Assembly (NCBI RefSeq): GCF_004010195.1
Contig: NC_057718.1
Coordinates: 26,363,682 to 26,427,681, forward strand
Length of the DNA: 64,000 nt
DNA from: Chiloscyllium plagiosum
Taxonomy: Eukaryota
Direction: 5' to 3'
This document shows positions 13,377 through 26,040 of this stretch, one piece after another; position 1 is the first letter of the stretch; each line of letters starts with the position of its first letter. The position numbers and the translations under genes are program-made. The notes below the pieces were generated by a model. The model saw only the letters and a list, made by a program, of their open reading frames with translations, was not told the DNA's origin and did no database searches.

Positions 13377-15174
13377 AATGAGAACAGTGCTGGCACATTC
13401 TGATCAAGTGTAATCCAAAGGAGAAAGCTAGTTGCACTCTCTGTTATTGATACAACCTGACCACAGATCAGTGGTTTCTGCTAGGAGGTTTGTAGAGGTG
13501 ACTGGTTTTCGTTAATTGTGCTCTGAACATGTGGCATGGTTCTGTGGGATCTGACCCGGGAGCAAGAAACAAGGATAACTCATTTTGGAAAACTGACTGC
13601 TGCTGCGCTTGTAGTTGACTGGACTAACAAGGGGTGTGTCTGAGTATGCCAGAGGGCCAGCCTTTCTCCTAATACATCCTGCTCCTCACAGAAGTTCAAC
13701 AATGAGGGAGCTCTGATTCTCTCCTCAGTATATGACACCATCCTTCGAATCACAGTCAAATGCAGCAGCCAAAAAGTGTATGACCTTCAATTTTTCCTAA
13801 CCACGTCCTGTTGCTGCTCCCTGATGTAAAGGCTTCCATAATGCTTGGCTTTCAGCTTCCCCACCTTTCCTCCTACGCTCTCACTTTGTAATGTTTTCAG
13901 AGAATAAACAAGTTGTTGAGATGGGAGATGATGAGATCAGTGATCATTTTCGCAGCCCTGAGTAAAATGGCAGCATTCGCTGGGGGGATAACATCTGGTG
14001 ATGCCTGCAAAAAAAATCAATTTTATTTTTCTTTTTGTGCCTCAGAATGTATTTTACAGTTGAATCTGTGAGATTAAAGTCATTGAGGAGCACTATCTTG
14101 AGATATCAGTTTAAATGCTTTGTTGACTTGGGAGATCAAGGGTATTAATCTTTGTTTCATTGCAATGAGGAAAGGAGCCAAATATTTGCACTGGTTGATG
14201 TCAATATAGCAGTTTGCATTGCAGTCTCATTGCACTCAGCATCACCATATTCAATTGGAGTCTTGTACTACAAGGTGAACAGTACTATTGCCAGTTGCTT
14301 TCCTGAGCACTCCCTCTTCTTACTCACCAAATCTTATTTATCTGCCAGGGTTACATGCTGTCCATTACTATTCCCAATAGCTCTCCGCTCCACCATTAAT
14401 ATTAGTCACATTCCTAAGCAGATAACCCCTGGTCTGATCTTAATAACTTTCCTTAGCAGACTGCCTCCAGTGTTAATTCGGGATACCTTCCAAAGAACAC
14501 ATTGCTCAGCAGCATTCTGAACAGGCATCAGGCAGCACAATCCAATTAGCTTGCTCAGCCTATACCTTTCTGCACATTTCAACCAAAATGAGATGAGAAT
14601 AGAAAATTGGAAAGAAATAAACTTCAATGGAAACTGTATTAGGTTTTTCATTTTATTTTACTAGATTAGCAGCCATTGTGTAATGTCTTTCATTGTGCTT
14701 GTTAATTGTTTGTTAAATGATAGTTGAAGCAGAACCTACTTTTTATCCAGGCTTACCTGGTTCCCATATTATGTCATGTTTCTTCATGCATCCCCGTTAG
14801 AAGTGGCGAAGCTAATCACCTATTAGGGACTCTACAAAAGATGCATTGTCATTTATCTGACTTCAAGCTGATGTTGCCAGCAGAGCTGCAATGTTTACTG
14901 GAGTGAGAGGTACAAACTACTGAAGAAAAATCTAAGCAACTGTATTAATATCAGATGCTTGAGAATGGCGACATTAGGAGAAGACAAGCAAAGGTGTGAA
15001 GTCACTGTGTGAATATCACCCATGTTGTCACCAACTCAGACCTCTTCAGCAGTTGTATACACTGTGACCCAATGTTGATGGGATTTCAGGGGTGTCCCAA
15101 CTTTTGTTATGCAATTTCCAGTCTTGGGGCAATATCTGGGCAAGATACTGAGTTAATGTCCATGTTCATGTAAA

Positions 15175-15450
15175 ACCATAGAAATAGGAAGAGGAGTAGG
15201 CTGTTCAGCCTTTCAAACCTGAAATGCTATTCAACATGATCACAGCTGATCATCCAACTCAGTACCCCTATTCCCACTTACTACCCATAACCTTTCGTCT
15301 CTTTAGCCCAAAGAACAATATTTAATTCCTTCTAGGAATTATTCAGTGGTTTGAGCTGAACCATTTTCTGTGGCATTGAATTCCACAGGCTCATTCATGA
15401 TAAATAAATTTCTCCTCATCTCAACTTGAAACGCCACATCCTTAGACTAT
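15175..15450 (-). mobile_element. Old CR1 3' fragment
   Basis: aaccatagaaataggaagaggagtaggc... tail and gaattccacag (LWNS on the minus strand). Confidence 0.65.
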
Positions 15451-16559
15451 TCCAATACAATCCACCTCTGTATGACTGGGTACTTGTAAGCACAGACAGA
15501 TGATATTGCTAGCCATTTTGTACTTCATTACTGCATTATCCTTTTCCACTGTGTGGTACCATTCTTTACGTTCAGCAATGATATGTAACACTGGCTTAAC
15601 TAGCAAACTGAATTCCACCAGTCATGTAGTCACTGAGGGTCCTCTCATGAACCTGATATTTATGCTAAGGAAGTTAGGCTGTATAATATGTGCTCAAAAA
15701 CACAACTGGGAATGCTGCAAGGCAATGTGTGCTCAAGATTAAAATGGGTCACTACTTCCTTTATATTTAAATTGTATGTCGTGACTGAGTACCTGGTACA
15801 CATAGCTTGAGAAAATTGAAAATCCATTGGTTGCACAGGAAGATAGACTGCTCAGTAGCTTCACGTGAGCTAACCACATGAAGAATGACTGCTCAGATTT
15901 TTACACATCCAAACATTTTATTTAGCGTTTTAGGCATAATGTGTGTCATGGGACTTTGTTATGTCAGAGGTAGAGGCACAGTAATGTAAGCACATCACAG
16001 AAAGATGACAAGGTTGTTGTAGCAGGTGATTTAACTAGCCCCGTGCTGACTGGGAATTACTCAGTGCCAGGCACTTAGATGGGACAGATTTTGTTCGGGG
16101 CATCCAGGAGGGCTTCTTGAAACAATATGTAGAAGGTCCAACTAGGGAATGATAGTTTAGGATAAGGATAAAACTAGTCCTTGGGTGTAAGTGCAAAAGT
16201 GGAGGAAGTCTAATCACAACAGTATTAGTCAGGAACTGGAGAAATTAGATTGGCAACAGGTGTTTGTGGGTACATCCACAAGTACACTTAAACAGCTATA
16301 GTAGTCTTTTAAAGACCATGCTCATTTTTCCTTCAAAGATCCTAAATCCATCACTACAAAGATGGAACTTCGAGGGTTGGATTTTATGATCACTGTCAGG
16401 TGTGGCTTCATGAAGGAAAGGGAAAGTATCTAGCAAGTAACAGAACATTCTGAACAAGAATCATATCCGATTTGAAATTGTCATTCTGTCTCTCTCTCCC
16501 CACGTATGCTACCAGACCTGCTGAGTTTCTCTAGCACATTTTTGTTTTTACTCTACTTA

Positions 16560-17030
16560 ATATTCTTTACTGTAAGGGAAACAAGCCCAGCATCTCCAGT
16601 TCAATCATGTAACTGAAAGCCCTCATCACTAAAACCATTGTCGTCAATGTCCTCTGAACTTTCTCCAAAGCATTCATACTTTTATTGAAGTCTGCTTCCC
16701 ACATTGGACCAAAAACAACCAGGTGGAGTGAAACAAATGTCTTATAAAGATTTGGTAGAACTCCCTGGATTTTGTATTCTCACTGTTTATAAAATGAGAC
16801 CCCTATTCTTTATTAACTGCTGTATTAATTTGTCCTATATTTTAAAGGATTTATGTGTAAGCAACTCTCTTTTATTCCATTAAGATTATACCACTTAGTA
16901 TGTATTGTCTCCTCATTTTTCCTACTAGTTATGCTAAATTCCTGCAAAGAATGCAGTTCATTTTTTAATCACCAACAACCTCTCCATGTTCTCTTGAAGT
17001 TTATTACTAGCTTCCTCAGTGCTTAGAGTT
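16560..17030 (-). mobile_element. Old CR1 RT fragment
   Basis: Minus strand resembles YKTFVSLHLVVF..., ALEKVQRTLT. Confidence 0.55.
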
Positions 17031-18628
17031 GCACAAGTAATTCTCAGTGCTGATTATCATCTTGTATGAGGCTATATGCACTATTATATGAGACTATTTG
17101 CTCTATTGCTCACCATGAGGTAGATTTGCTGCCATCATTCTCTTTGACAATCGTGATCTACAGGGTGTATTCTGTCTGGTGTAGTATAGGAAAACGATTT
17201 GCCACTTTAACAAGATGAGGCTTGTGTATGAAACAAGATGTCGTTAACTGATTGTTAGCAACAAAGTACCTAGCAACAAAGTAACACTGCTTATGACAGA
17301 CATTGTTCCAGAGAACCTGGATGATGGGTCTTACTCCTTCAAGAGCCATGCAGTTCTCTGTCAATGTCCATTTGACATCATAGTCGGTGGTGCTTAAGGC
17401 GCATCACATCATTAACTCTTTCAGACCCACTTCAGACTGAACATTTGTGGTTGGGGGAATGGATGTTTCTGGATGTCATACCAATCACTTGGGTTATTTT
17501 GTCCAGGATGATGTCAAGCTTCTTGAGTGCTGTTGGACCTGCACTTATCTAGGCAAGTGGGGAGTATTAGATTACATTCCTGACTTGTGCTATCTCAGCT
17601 GGTGGACAGACCTTGTGGAGTCAGAAAGCAAGATATTCACTGTAGGACTCCCTGCCTCTGACATTATATTTACCATAACCCCCACTCCCTCCATTTCTCT
17701 GACTTTCTCTGACAAGCAGTCTAGAATTTTCACTATTATACCAGAACATGGTGTCTGTGGACTTGGCAGATTTGTGCATTTCTGGGTTGAAGGCTATTGT
17801 CTTTATGTGTAAGCACTCTCTCTTTTTATCCCCTTAAGATTACACCACTTAATCTTAAGTATTGAATCTTCATTTTTCCTACTAGTTATGCCAGTATTTC
17901 TGAGTTGAAGGCTATTGTCTTTGATTCTGTTTCTGAGAGAGTAAGGGCTGAAAGTTGCTTACATTATGACCTTTATATATATGTTCATCATAATCAAGCA
18001 GTCAAGGGCAATTGATCCACAGTGGGATAAGGATTGCTATCGCTCCTCTGTGCAACTCTTTCTGTTGTACAAATACTGTAGGATCTGCTCTGATCTGGAA
18101 ATCCGTAAATGACCTCACCTTTCTGTTAGGTCCCAATTCTGCTCTTGGCTCAAATGTGTCAAACATCTTACATGGTAATACTGCTTATAGCGTGATGCCT
18201 GCAGGATTTCCTTTCTATTTACATCTTGACAGTACTATGGGCATAAACATGGAGTTAACCTCTGTGGTAGGAAGGGGGCTGAGTTTTCAGTTTTTCCCAT
18301 TCAACAACTCTGATAATCATAGACCATATTAGAGCGGGATGGATTGGTCATTTAGCAATCTTGTGTTGAAGTCAGCATATCCCATTCAATTGTGGGCATC
18401 TCTTGTGACATGGCCAAATCCAGAGCTAGCTGGAATTTTGCTGAAGCACTAATTAGCAAACTGTGACCTGTTGTTTGAAACAATGACACCAGAAGCCATA
18501 TATTGGAAATACTCCCTGCAAAACCCGGTCACCTGCATCTGTAATGGTGGTATATAAGTGTTCCATCTCTTTTCATCATGGAAACTTGTCAATCGAAATA
18601 AAGACAAGACTACCCATTAAAAATGAGC

Positions 18629-18896
18629 AGAATCATAGAATCCCTACAATGAAGAAAGAGGCCATTCAACCCACACACTGACCCTCTGAAGGATAGCCTC
18701 CACCCCCTATATTCCCACGTTTCCCATGGCTATTCCACCTAACCTTTGTATAGAAACCAAAGCACCTGGCGGAAGTCGACGCAGACATAGAGAGAACAGG
18801 CGAAGTCTGCACAGACAGTGACCCAAGGCTGAAACTGAAGCCAGGTCCCTGGCGCTTTGAGGCAGTAGTGTGAACCACTGAGCCACTGTGCCACCA
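18629..18896 (-). mobile_element. HE1-type V-SINE inserted in the Gypsy integrase
   Basis: Reverse complement begins ggtggcacagtggctcagtggttcacactactgcctca. Confidence 0.85.
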
Positions 18897-21800
18897 TAGA
18901 TCGAGAGTAGATCTGTGACCACACATTCTCACTGTCTGCTACAGGTATTAGCAACTCCCTCTGTTTTGGTCTGTGAGTAGTGCAAGTTTCACAGTCAGTT
19001 ACACAATCTTTAATCTCTTCGGAGGGCCAGGCTATCAAACAGCTGACTAGGCACTTGGTGATATCCAAATGGTCCTGGTTTACATCTTCCTGAAGTCAAA
19101 CTTGTTCTGCCCCAGTAAGACTTCCATGAACGTGACATGTTGTTGGTGCTTAAAAAACATTTTTCGGATCAGCCCAGTGAGTCAACTTGCAACATACTAC
19201 TGATGAATGGTGAAACGTTCTTGGTTTCTCTTCTGCTCCTTTCGTATTTGGTTAGGCTGATTGTGGCTTGCTGGACTCAGTGATACTGTGGACCAAATAT
19301 ATGACTTAATTTCATGAACAAATTCAACATCATACATGGACCATTGACCACCACTCTGGAGAGCACTTCCACTGTCATCTGCTGTTTTCCCTGCACACAT
19401 GTTGTTTTATAGGTGAACCTCATAAAGAGGAATCCACACCTCTATTCATGGAGGTAATCATGCTGTTTTACTCTGTCAGAAGGGAGACCAGGGATTTGTT
19501 GTCTGCCTGTATGACCACTCAAACAAAGGATGTATTCTGTAAATTTCTCACAGATCCATGTAGTAGAGAATCTAAAGAGCAACATGACATATTGCATTAC
19601 TGTATCTGATAATGCCATGATAGGTAATAGGCCAGTTTGTGGCACCAATCTTCTTGCTCCTGAAAGTGCACTGTCCCTAAGTCTATAACTGAAGTGTCAG
19701 CAGGTAAAGCTGGTTGGAAAAGATGGAGTGAATGAGGATATCCATGAACAACAGCATGTCCTGTATCTTCCAAAAAGCACTGCTCTAATGCAGATTCCAA
19801 TATCAACCTTCTTCAGGAGATATATCAAAGATTCTACAACTACCTACAGAGTGGAGACCCCCGAACACCTTTGGAATTTCTGTGGATTTGCCATCATCTT
19901 ATCGTGCTGACAATGTGTCCCAAGAAGTGAATGGATTCCTTGTAGAATTTACACCTGTTTGTGCCTGTTTTAAAACTGTATGCACTTTCTATTCATGTGC
20001 TTTGACTGTTTCATTGTGTCTTAATATGTCATCCATGTCACATATGATTCTTTGAAAACCTTATAAAATGTTGGACACTGTCCACTGAAAAGTCTTTAGA
20101 GCTGAGGCAATCCCAATTGGCAGTGTGTTGAAGGAGAACATCACAATTAGTTGTAAATGTGGTAAGCATTGTTTATATAATGGCATCTTCTATGCTCTAT
20201 TGTTTGCTGTGATTAATGTGAAAACTCTACTTGTGGTTGAGTTGACCAAACTGTCGGTGAATTTCTCTTTCCACTACATTATTGAACTTTGCAGGATAAA
20301 CACAACTTTGAATGAACTCCCAAGGTTTAGTACAGTAACCAAGCATCATTCGGTTAGTTTTATAACTAGAGAAATGATCCTGTCCTGGGTATCTCTGCAA
20401 GTTTCTTGACATGTTTCATTAAAGGGTATAGAATCTACTTGGTTATATAGAGACTTAATGTTTTAGCATTTTTCATTAGTGTGATGCTGTATTTAGTATC
20501 AAACTTCCTAATCCATTGAATAATTAGGGGTATTTCTATTCAAAGGAGCTTTTTAACTTCTGCTATTTAACATCTTCAACCTTTTGATGAAGATCAAAGC
20601 CCAAGAAATACATTCTTGCTCAAGAGTGAGAATTCATGATTGTGGATTTTATTTAAGTTTTCTACTCTCTCACGGCCCTTGTGGAGACTTGCTTGGAGCA
20701 TGTATATCCCCTCGACCATGTAGTTACAATGTTGTCAGTGAGTTGTCAAATCTGGTTCACTATTGGATAATATAGCAACATTCACTCCTGCATCCAACTT
20801 AAAATTAGAAAGGTACTCATTGGCATAAATATCCTCTTCCCAAAAAGCTGGGTTGGGATCACCCTTTTCCTAGGAGTATTTAGACTTTCCATCTACTGTA
20901 CACGGTTCTATCTCATTAAGCTCATTGTGTGAGTAGCTATTTGATTGTTTGCTTTTCTGTAAAAATGTTCTACTTCGGCACAGTGACATACTATGTTACA
21001 AATTTCTTTTTAACAGCTGAACACTTCCTATGCTTGTGAGACTTCCTTGTTCCACAGAGCTGACAAGCACCTTTTATATATGGTGTCTGTCCTCCTTTCT
21101 ATACACATGTCTCTGTTGTGATTTAAACCTTAAGACCTGAAAAGACTCTGCTAATCCTCTGTTTTACTATTGATCGTCTCCTCATGGTGTTCCACTGGGC
21201 TGCTTCTGGACTTCAACTCTACTCACCATCTTTATGGTTTTATCAGAATTGAACTTCCTTTTGAATGTAATAAATCAGACAAAATCTCATCAGCAATTCG
21301 GACAACAATTATGTCACTTGTGATGTATGACTTTAAATTGCCATTGTTGTATTACTTCATTAATTTTTGAGATCATTCATGAAATTACCTATGGATTCCT
21401 GAAAATGATGAAGGCTTCTATTGGTATCTTGCTTTCTCATGAATTTTCTTTGTTCTGAGGTTAAATAATTGTCAAAATATTTTAGTAACTCTTCAAAAGT
21501 ATTTGTTGTTTCTTTTACACTTTGATAAGATATAGCATCATTAGCTATACTCCCAATTGTATATGGAACTGTATTAATTTGTTCAGCTTATGATTTATTA
21601 TCTAGTTTGGAAGCTATTCTGTATCTTAAGAATTGTTTTCTCCTTTATGTCCAACTATCTCTTTAATTGGACTGATCTCTGACATTAACTCTTCCTGCCA
21701 ATATTATTTTCAATGTCATGTCTTCTGAACATGATTATTTACCTTCATCACTTAAAAATCTCTGCGGTAATAGCAGTGCTGCTGCTGTGTGCTGCCACTG

Positions 21801-22536
21801 GTGAGTTTCCCAGATTGTTGCACTAAACATGGAATATTCCGATCTTCAACAGCTAAATGGAGAATTTCCCCTTTTTGTGGGTAAAATACAAGATTCTCAG
21901 CTTTTGCATGGCCTCACTAAGTTCACAGTTATTTACAGCTTTAATACATGGTTGCTGTTTCCCTCATGACATTACTGAATGAATTCAGCTGCCTGCAGCT
22001 TTAATAATGAGACCAGTTCTAATCACGGCAGGAATATGTCAGAAAAATGAATGCTGCTTCGATAAAAATTCCCATTTCTTTCACTTTTTTTTCTCTGAAT
22101 GATTCCTGCTGTCTACTGTTTTGATAATGGCTTCCTGCCTTTATTATGGTTTTAATAATGGATCTCTCACCATTCCTGTGGCTTTAATAAAGTCTCCTAA
22201 CTTTCTTCTTCCATTAGACCTTATCTAAGCTTTTTAATATACCACTTTATTGCTTTAATTCTTATTGCATGGTGTTCCTAGTCTTGCAGTCGCAGTTTGA
22301 ATTGCTTCTGTGACTCTTGATATCCCTTACTTAAGCTATACCTCTTCATTTCCACTCACTATGGCAATAATGTTTGATCCAAACTGTAAGTACTTTTCTG
22401 TACTATTATCTTTCCTAGCCTGTAATTTGCTCCATTTCATAAAGTTACTCCTTGTTGGCCAGGGACATTAACTTCATTCACAGAGCTTCTGATGTCCATT
22501 CACTTGATGAGCAAACATTGACTTGAGTCTCCTCCT

Positions 22537-22750
22537 GGTAAAAACAATGACTGCAGATGCTGGAAACCAGATTCTGGATTAGTGGTGCTGGAAGAGCACA
22601 GCAGTTCAGGCAGCATCCAAGGAGCTTCGAAATCGACGTTTCGGGCAAAAGCCTTCCTGATGAAGGGCTTTTGCCCGAAACGTCGATTTCAAAGCTCCTT
22701 GGATGCTGCCTGAACTGCTGTGCTCTTCCAGCACCACTAATCCAGAATGT
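22537..22750. mobile_element. Palindromic Penelope-like terminal element with an intact minimal hammerhead core
   Basis: Near-perfect inverted repeat ~22571-22748; CTGATGA-AGGGCTTTTGCCC-GAAA-CGTC at 22657-22684; TSD agtctcctcct at 22526-22536 and 22751-22761. Confidence 0.85.
22653..22690 (+). ncRNA. Putative minimal type I hammerhead ribozyme
   Basis: Catalytic boxes CUGAUGA and GAAA, stem II GGGC/GCCC closed by UUUU, GUC cleavage triplet, palindromic ACGU in place of helix III, as described for Penelope-element hammerheads. Confidence 0.65.
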
Positions 22751-23169
22751 AGTCTCCTCCTACACATCACCAGCAGCTGATACAATCTGTAACTGCCCTG
22801 AAGTGACTGATATTCCAGATACAGGGAGTTTCTAACATTCCTGCTGCAGTGCATCTCTTTACTGGCCTGACTATAGATCCTGACTTTCTGAATCTTGAAA
22901 CCCAGGGTTTCTTGCATCGACCCCTTACTTGGTCATCTCTTCCTGTTACTGATTGCGGGAGAGGATTCTTAAAGCTGTGTCTGGAAAGTCCTCAGATGTT
23001 CAATGTTGACAGCATGTGTATGAAACAACTAAAACAAATCTACATCACCATTGAATGAGGCTGTCTTCCTTATTGTTCACCATGCAGCTTCTTTTACAGG
23101 AGGGATCTAAAGGATGTGCTTTGGATGGTATGGGAGACTAAAATCACCTGTTAGTTAACTTAGCATTTG

Positions 23170-23320
23170 CCTGGAACTGTGTTTTTGTTTTTGCCACTGT
23201 TTACCTATTATTTATTTATCTATGCTATTTAACTCTGTGATCTGACTATATTGCTAACAAGACAAAACATTTCACTGAGCCTCGGTACACGTGACAGTAA
23301 ATTCAATTCAATTCAACTCA
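23170..23320 (+). mobile_element. Rex1/Babar-type LINE 3' end
   Basis: tttcactgagcctcggtacacgtgacagtaaa followed by a (TTCAA)n tail. Confidence 0.6.
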
Positions 23321-23434
23321 AAAGCAACAGTGATCCAATCATGAGGAATTCTACTACGTGCCTCCATTCTGTCTGAAGAATAGCCATTGATCATTACTGT
23401 CCGCTTTCAATTCTATCCTACCTTATCCTGGCTC

Positions 23435-24203
23435 TTCCAAGATGGAGGCAGAGTAGGGCTCCTGACCGGAGCTCATCTGCTCCGACTGCTCCATCTGTTT
23501 TTCTCTCTTCTTTTTTTCTCACTTTCCTTCTGTTACTTCCTTTTAGTTCTTTAGTCTTTTTTTCTTCCTCTATTCACCGTCTGCGTGTCCAGCTAACACG
23601 GCATTGGAGCATGACAATGGATGGGGCCCAGCATGAGCCTGGATGGTGGTCGGCAGTGAAAGCTGGCAGCAGCAGCGGCCAGCAATGAGGCAGCCAGTGG
23701 CGAAAGTTAGCGGTCGGTCGCGAAGGATAGCAGCAACTACAGTTGGCGGCAGAGCAGCAGTGGGGACAGAAGCTTTGTGAGTGGCAGGGAAGCCTGGAAT
23801 GTGTGATGGAGGTCAGCAGTGGTGGCAGCTGGTGAGCATGGATGGTTCTTAGCCCAGCGCAGGGAAGAGGCAACTGTATTGGGGAAAGCCCAGCTTGGTG
23901 CATCAGCAGGCCCATGGCTTAAGAAAGAATTGTAATGTTTGACTTCTGAACTTTACTTCTTTATGTTTCCATTTTTATATTAAGAAGACTGCCGTGCTTA
24001 ACTTATTTCTTATTTCAACTTACTATAACTTATTTCTTTAGACTGCCACTTCTGTAACTAAGATGTTGTACACAGGTATTTTGAATCTAAGGTGGTGCTG
24101 TGTGTGGCAACATTGTACACTTTTCACTTACTCTTGTACCTCGTACATTAGTGCATGTGAATAATAAAACCTAAATCTAAATCTAAATCCAAATCTAAAT
24201 CTA
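23435..24203 (+). mobile_element. Non-autonomous Rex1-like element or SINE with an (AATCTA)n tail
   Basis: 5' ttccaagatggaggc, GC-rich body, 3' ttttcactt...catgtgaataataaa plus the tandem aatcta tail; the 3' end resembles 23270-23300. Confidence 0.5.
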
Positions 24204-24248
24204 TCCATCTGTTTGTTCAGTTTAGTTCACAAGCCTCAGCTTTTGTAT

Positions 24249-24355
24249 GAAACGTCGATTTTCCTGCTCCCCGGATGCTGCGTGACCTGCTGTGCTTTTC
24301 TAACACCACACTCTGGATTCTAATCTCCAGCATCTGCAGTCCTCATTTTCATCTA
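24249..24355 (+). mobile_element. Penelope-like terminal fragment
   Basis: gaaacgtcgattttcctgctcc...ccagcatctgcagtcctca. Confidence 0.75.
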
Positions 24356-24459
24356 ACAAGCCTAACTTGTCATGTCTAAACCTTTTGAACGACTACGTTT
24401 GCAACATCATAGTCCTCATTTACTAACTCTGGTAACTCATCAAACTCAATCGAGTCAAT

Positions 24460-25246
24460 CAATGCATTTTGGGAAGGCAAATCTTAGCAGGACTTATACA
24501 CTTAATGGTAAGGTCCTAGGGAGTGTTGCTGAACAAAGAGACCTTGGAGTACAGGTTCATAGCTCCTTGAAAGTGGAGTTGCAGGTAGATAGGATAGCGA
24601 AGAAGACATTTGGTATGCTTTCTTTTATTGGTCAGAGTATTGAGTACAGGAGTTGGGAGGTCATATTGCGGCTGTACAGGACATTAGTTAGGCCACTGTT
24701 GGAATATTGTGTGCAATTCTGGTCTCCTTCCTATCAGAAAGATGTTGTGAAGCTTGAAAGGGTTCAGAAAAGATTTACAAGAATGTTGCCAAGGTTGGAG
24801 TATCTGAGCTACAGGGAGAGGCTGAACAGGCTGGGGCTGTTTTCCCTGGAGCGTCGGAGACTGAGGGGTGACCTTAGAGAGGTTTACAAAATTATGAGAG
24901 GCATGGATAGGATAAATAAACAAAGTATTTTCCCTGGGGTCGGGGAGTCCAGAACTAGAGGGCATAGGTTTAGGGTGAGAGGGGAAAGATATAAAAGGGA
25001 CCTAAGGGGCAACTTTTTCAAGCAGAGGGTGGTACATGTATGGAATGAGCTGCCAGAGGATGTGGTGGAGGCTGGTACAATTGCAACATTTAAGAGGCAT
25101 TTTGATGGGTATATGAATAGGAAGGGTTTGGAGGGATATGGGCCGGGTCCTGGCAGGTGGGACTAGATTGGGTTGGGATATCTGGTCGGCATGGACGGGT
25201 TGGACCGTAGGGTCTGTTTCCATGCTGTACATCTCTATGACTCTAA
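24460..25246 (+). mobile_element. Young 5'-truncated CR1/HER1 LINE with an open RT C-terminal frame
   Basis: ORF 24372-25166: RDLGV, LYRTLVRPLLEYCVQFWSP, LERRRLRGDL, WNELP; CR1 tail. Confidence 0.95.
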
Positions 25247-25829
25247 ACAAGATTTTCTCAAATATATCAGTACTGTCTCCTCTGTGGTATGTCTATGTTT
25301 GTACCAAGTGGCTGTCATTTTTCTCCCAGATTAGCTTCCTTACCAATAAATTCTGTGTACTTCTGATGTTTTCCCATTGTGCGAGGGTTGACATATTGGA
25401 TACAGCTGCAGTTTATGCTCATGTTCCATTTCGCGGCCATGAATAACCCTCTCTTTTCTTATGTCATATACAAGTCCTTTGGGTTACAGTTTTCATAAGA
25501 AGAAGTGAATTATAGAATGTGATCCAGAGACAGTAAGACAGATCTGAAATTCAATTTAATGAAGAGCAGTTTAACTTAGTTGCCTTGAAGCAATTTGCTT
25601 GGTCACAGGCCTCAAGTCGAAGTTCTTTTTGAGATTACACTTTCTTTTTCCATGATTTGCTCTTTCGAAGCTGTTCTTTGTCAGTTTTTGAGGTTTGTTT
25701 GTTGACATGCATGGTTTGCAATGCCATAAAAATGGCTTCTTGTACAGTTTTAATTTCAAGAGCTTAACCCACCTGGAGCCTTTGCAGTGGTGTAGCTTGC
25801 ACTCCTATTGTCTCTTATTAATCTTAAAT

Positions 25830-26040
25830 TTCAGTTAAACCCCCATACCCGCGGGGGATACGTTTCAAGATCTACCGTGGCAGCTCAAAACCGCAGATAG
25901 GTGCAAACCTATTCATTTCAATGGAAAATGTACCTTCCCAGCAGCTTCCTGGTCCCTGGTTCTGGAAGGTTCCCTATAACATATTTGGGCCGCAGTAAAC
26001 CGCAGGTAACTGAAACCATAGTAACCGGACCCATGTAAAT
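25830..26040 (+). mobile_element. Tigger/pogo-like (MER2-type) DNA transposon or MITE remnant
   Basis: Begins cagttaaacccccatacccgcgggggatacgtttcaaga, resembling Tigger-type terminal repeats; gtaactgaaacc near the other end. Confidence 0.5.

Larger units (their letters stand above)
17950..23090 (-). mobile_element. Decayed Gypsy (Mag-like) LTR retrotransposon: gag-PR-RT-RH-IN, many stops and frameshifts
   Basis: Minus strand: gag RKQFLRYRIASKLDNKS.AEQINT (~21560-21660); protease NFKLDAG (~20790); RT KFNNVVEREIH, FNTLPIGIASA..FQ, ICDMDDIL (~20030-20300); integrase GHLDITKC...CETC (~18980-19075), IVSNNRSQFAN (~18455-18490), LSELLNGKKLKTQ (~18280-18320). LTRs not identified, so ends are approximate. 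Confidence 0.8.

Noticed and set aside
13901..13965. Strong acceptor at 13900 as a candidate ALK linker exon
   Set aside because: The phase-1 frame stops after about 21 codons and no phase-compatible donor was found.
21930..22260. Spaced short repeats resembling a CRISPR array
   Set aside because: Repeats are ~12 nt, degenerate and irregularly spaced, in a vertebrate retroelement context with no cas genes.
23574..23915. 113-aa Cys/Pro-rich ORF
   Set aside because: Antisense reading of a low-complexity GC-rich repeat body.
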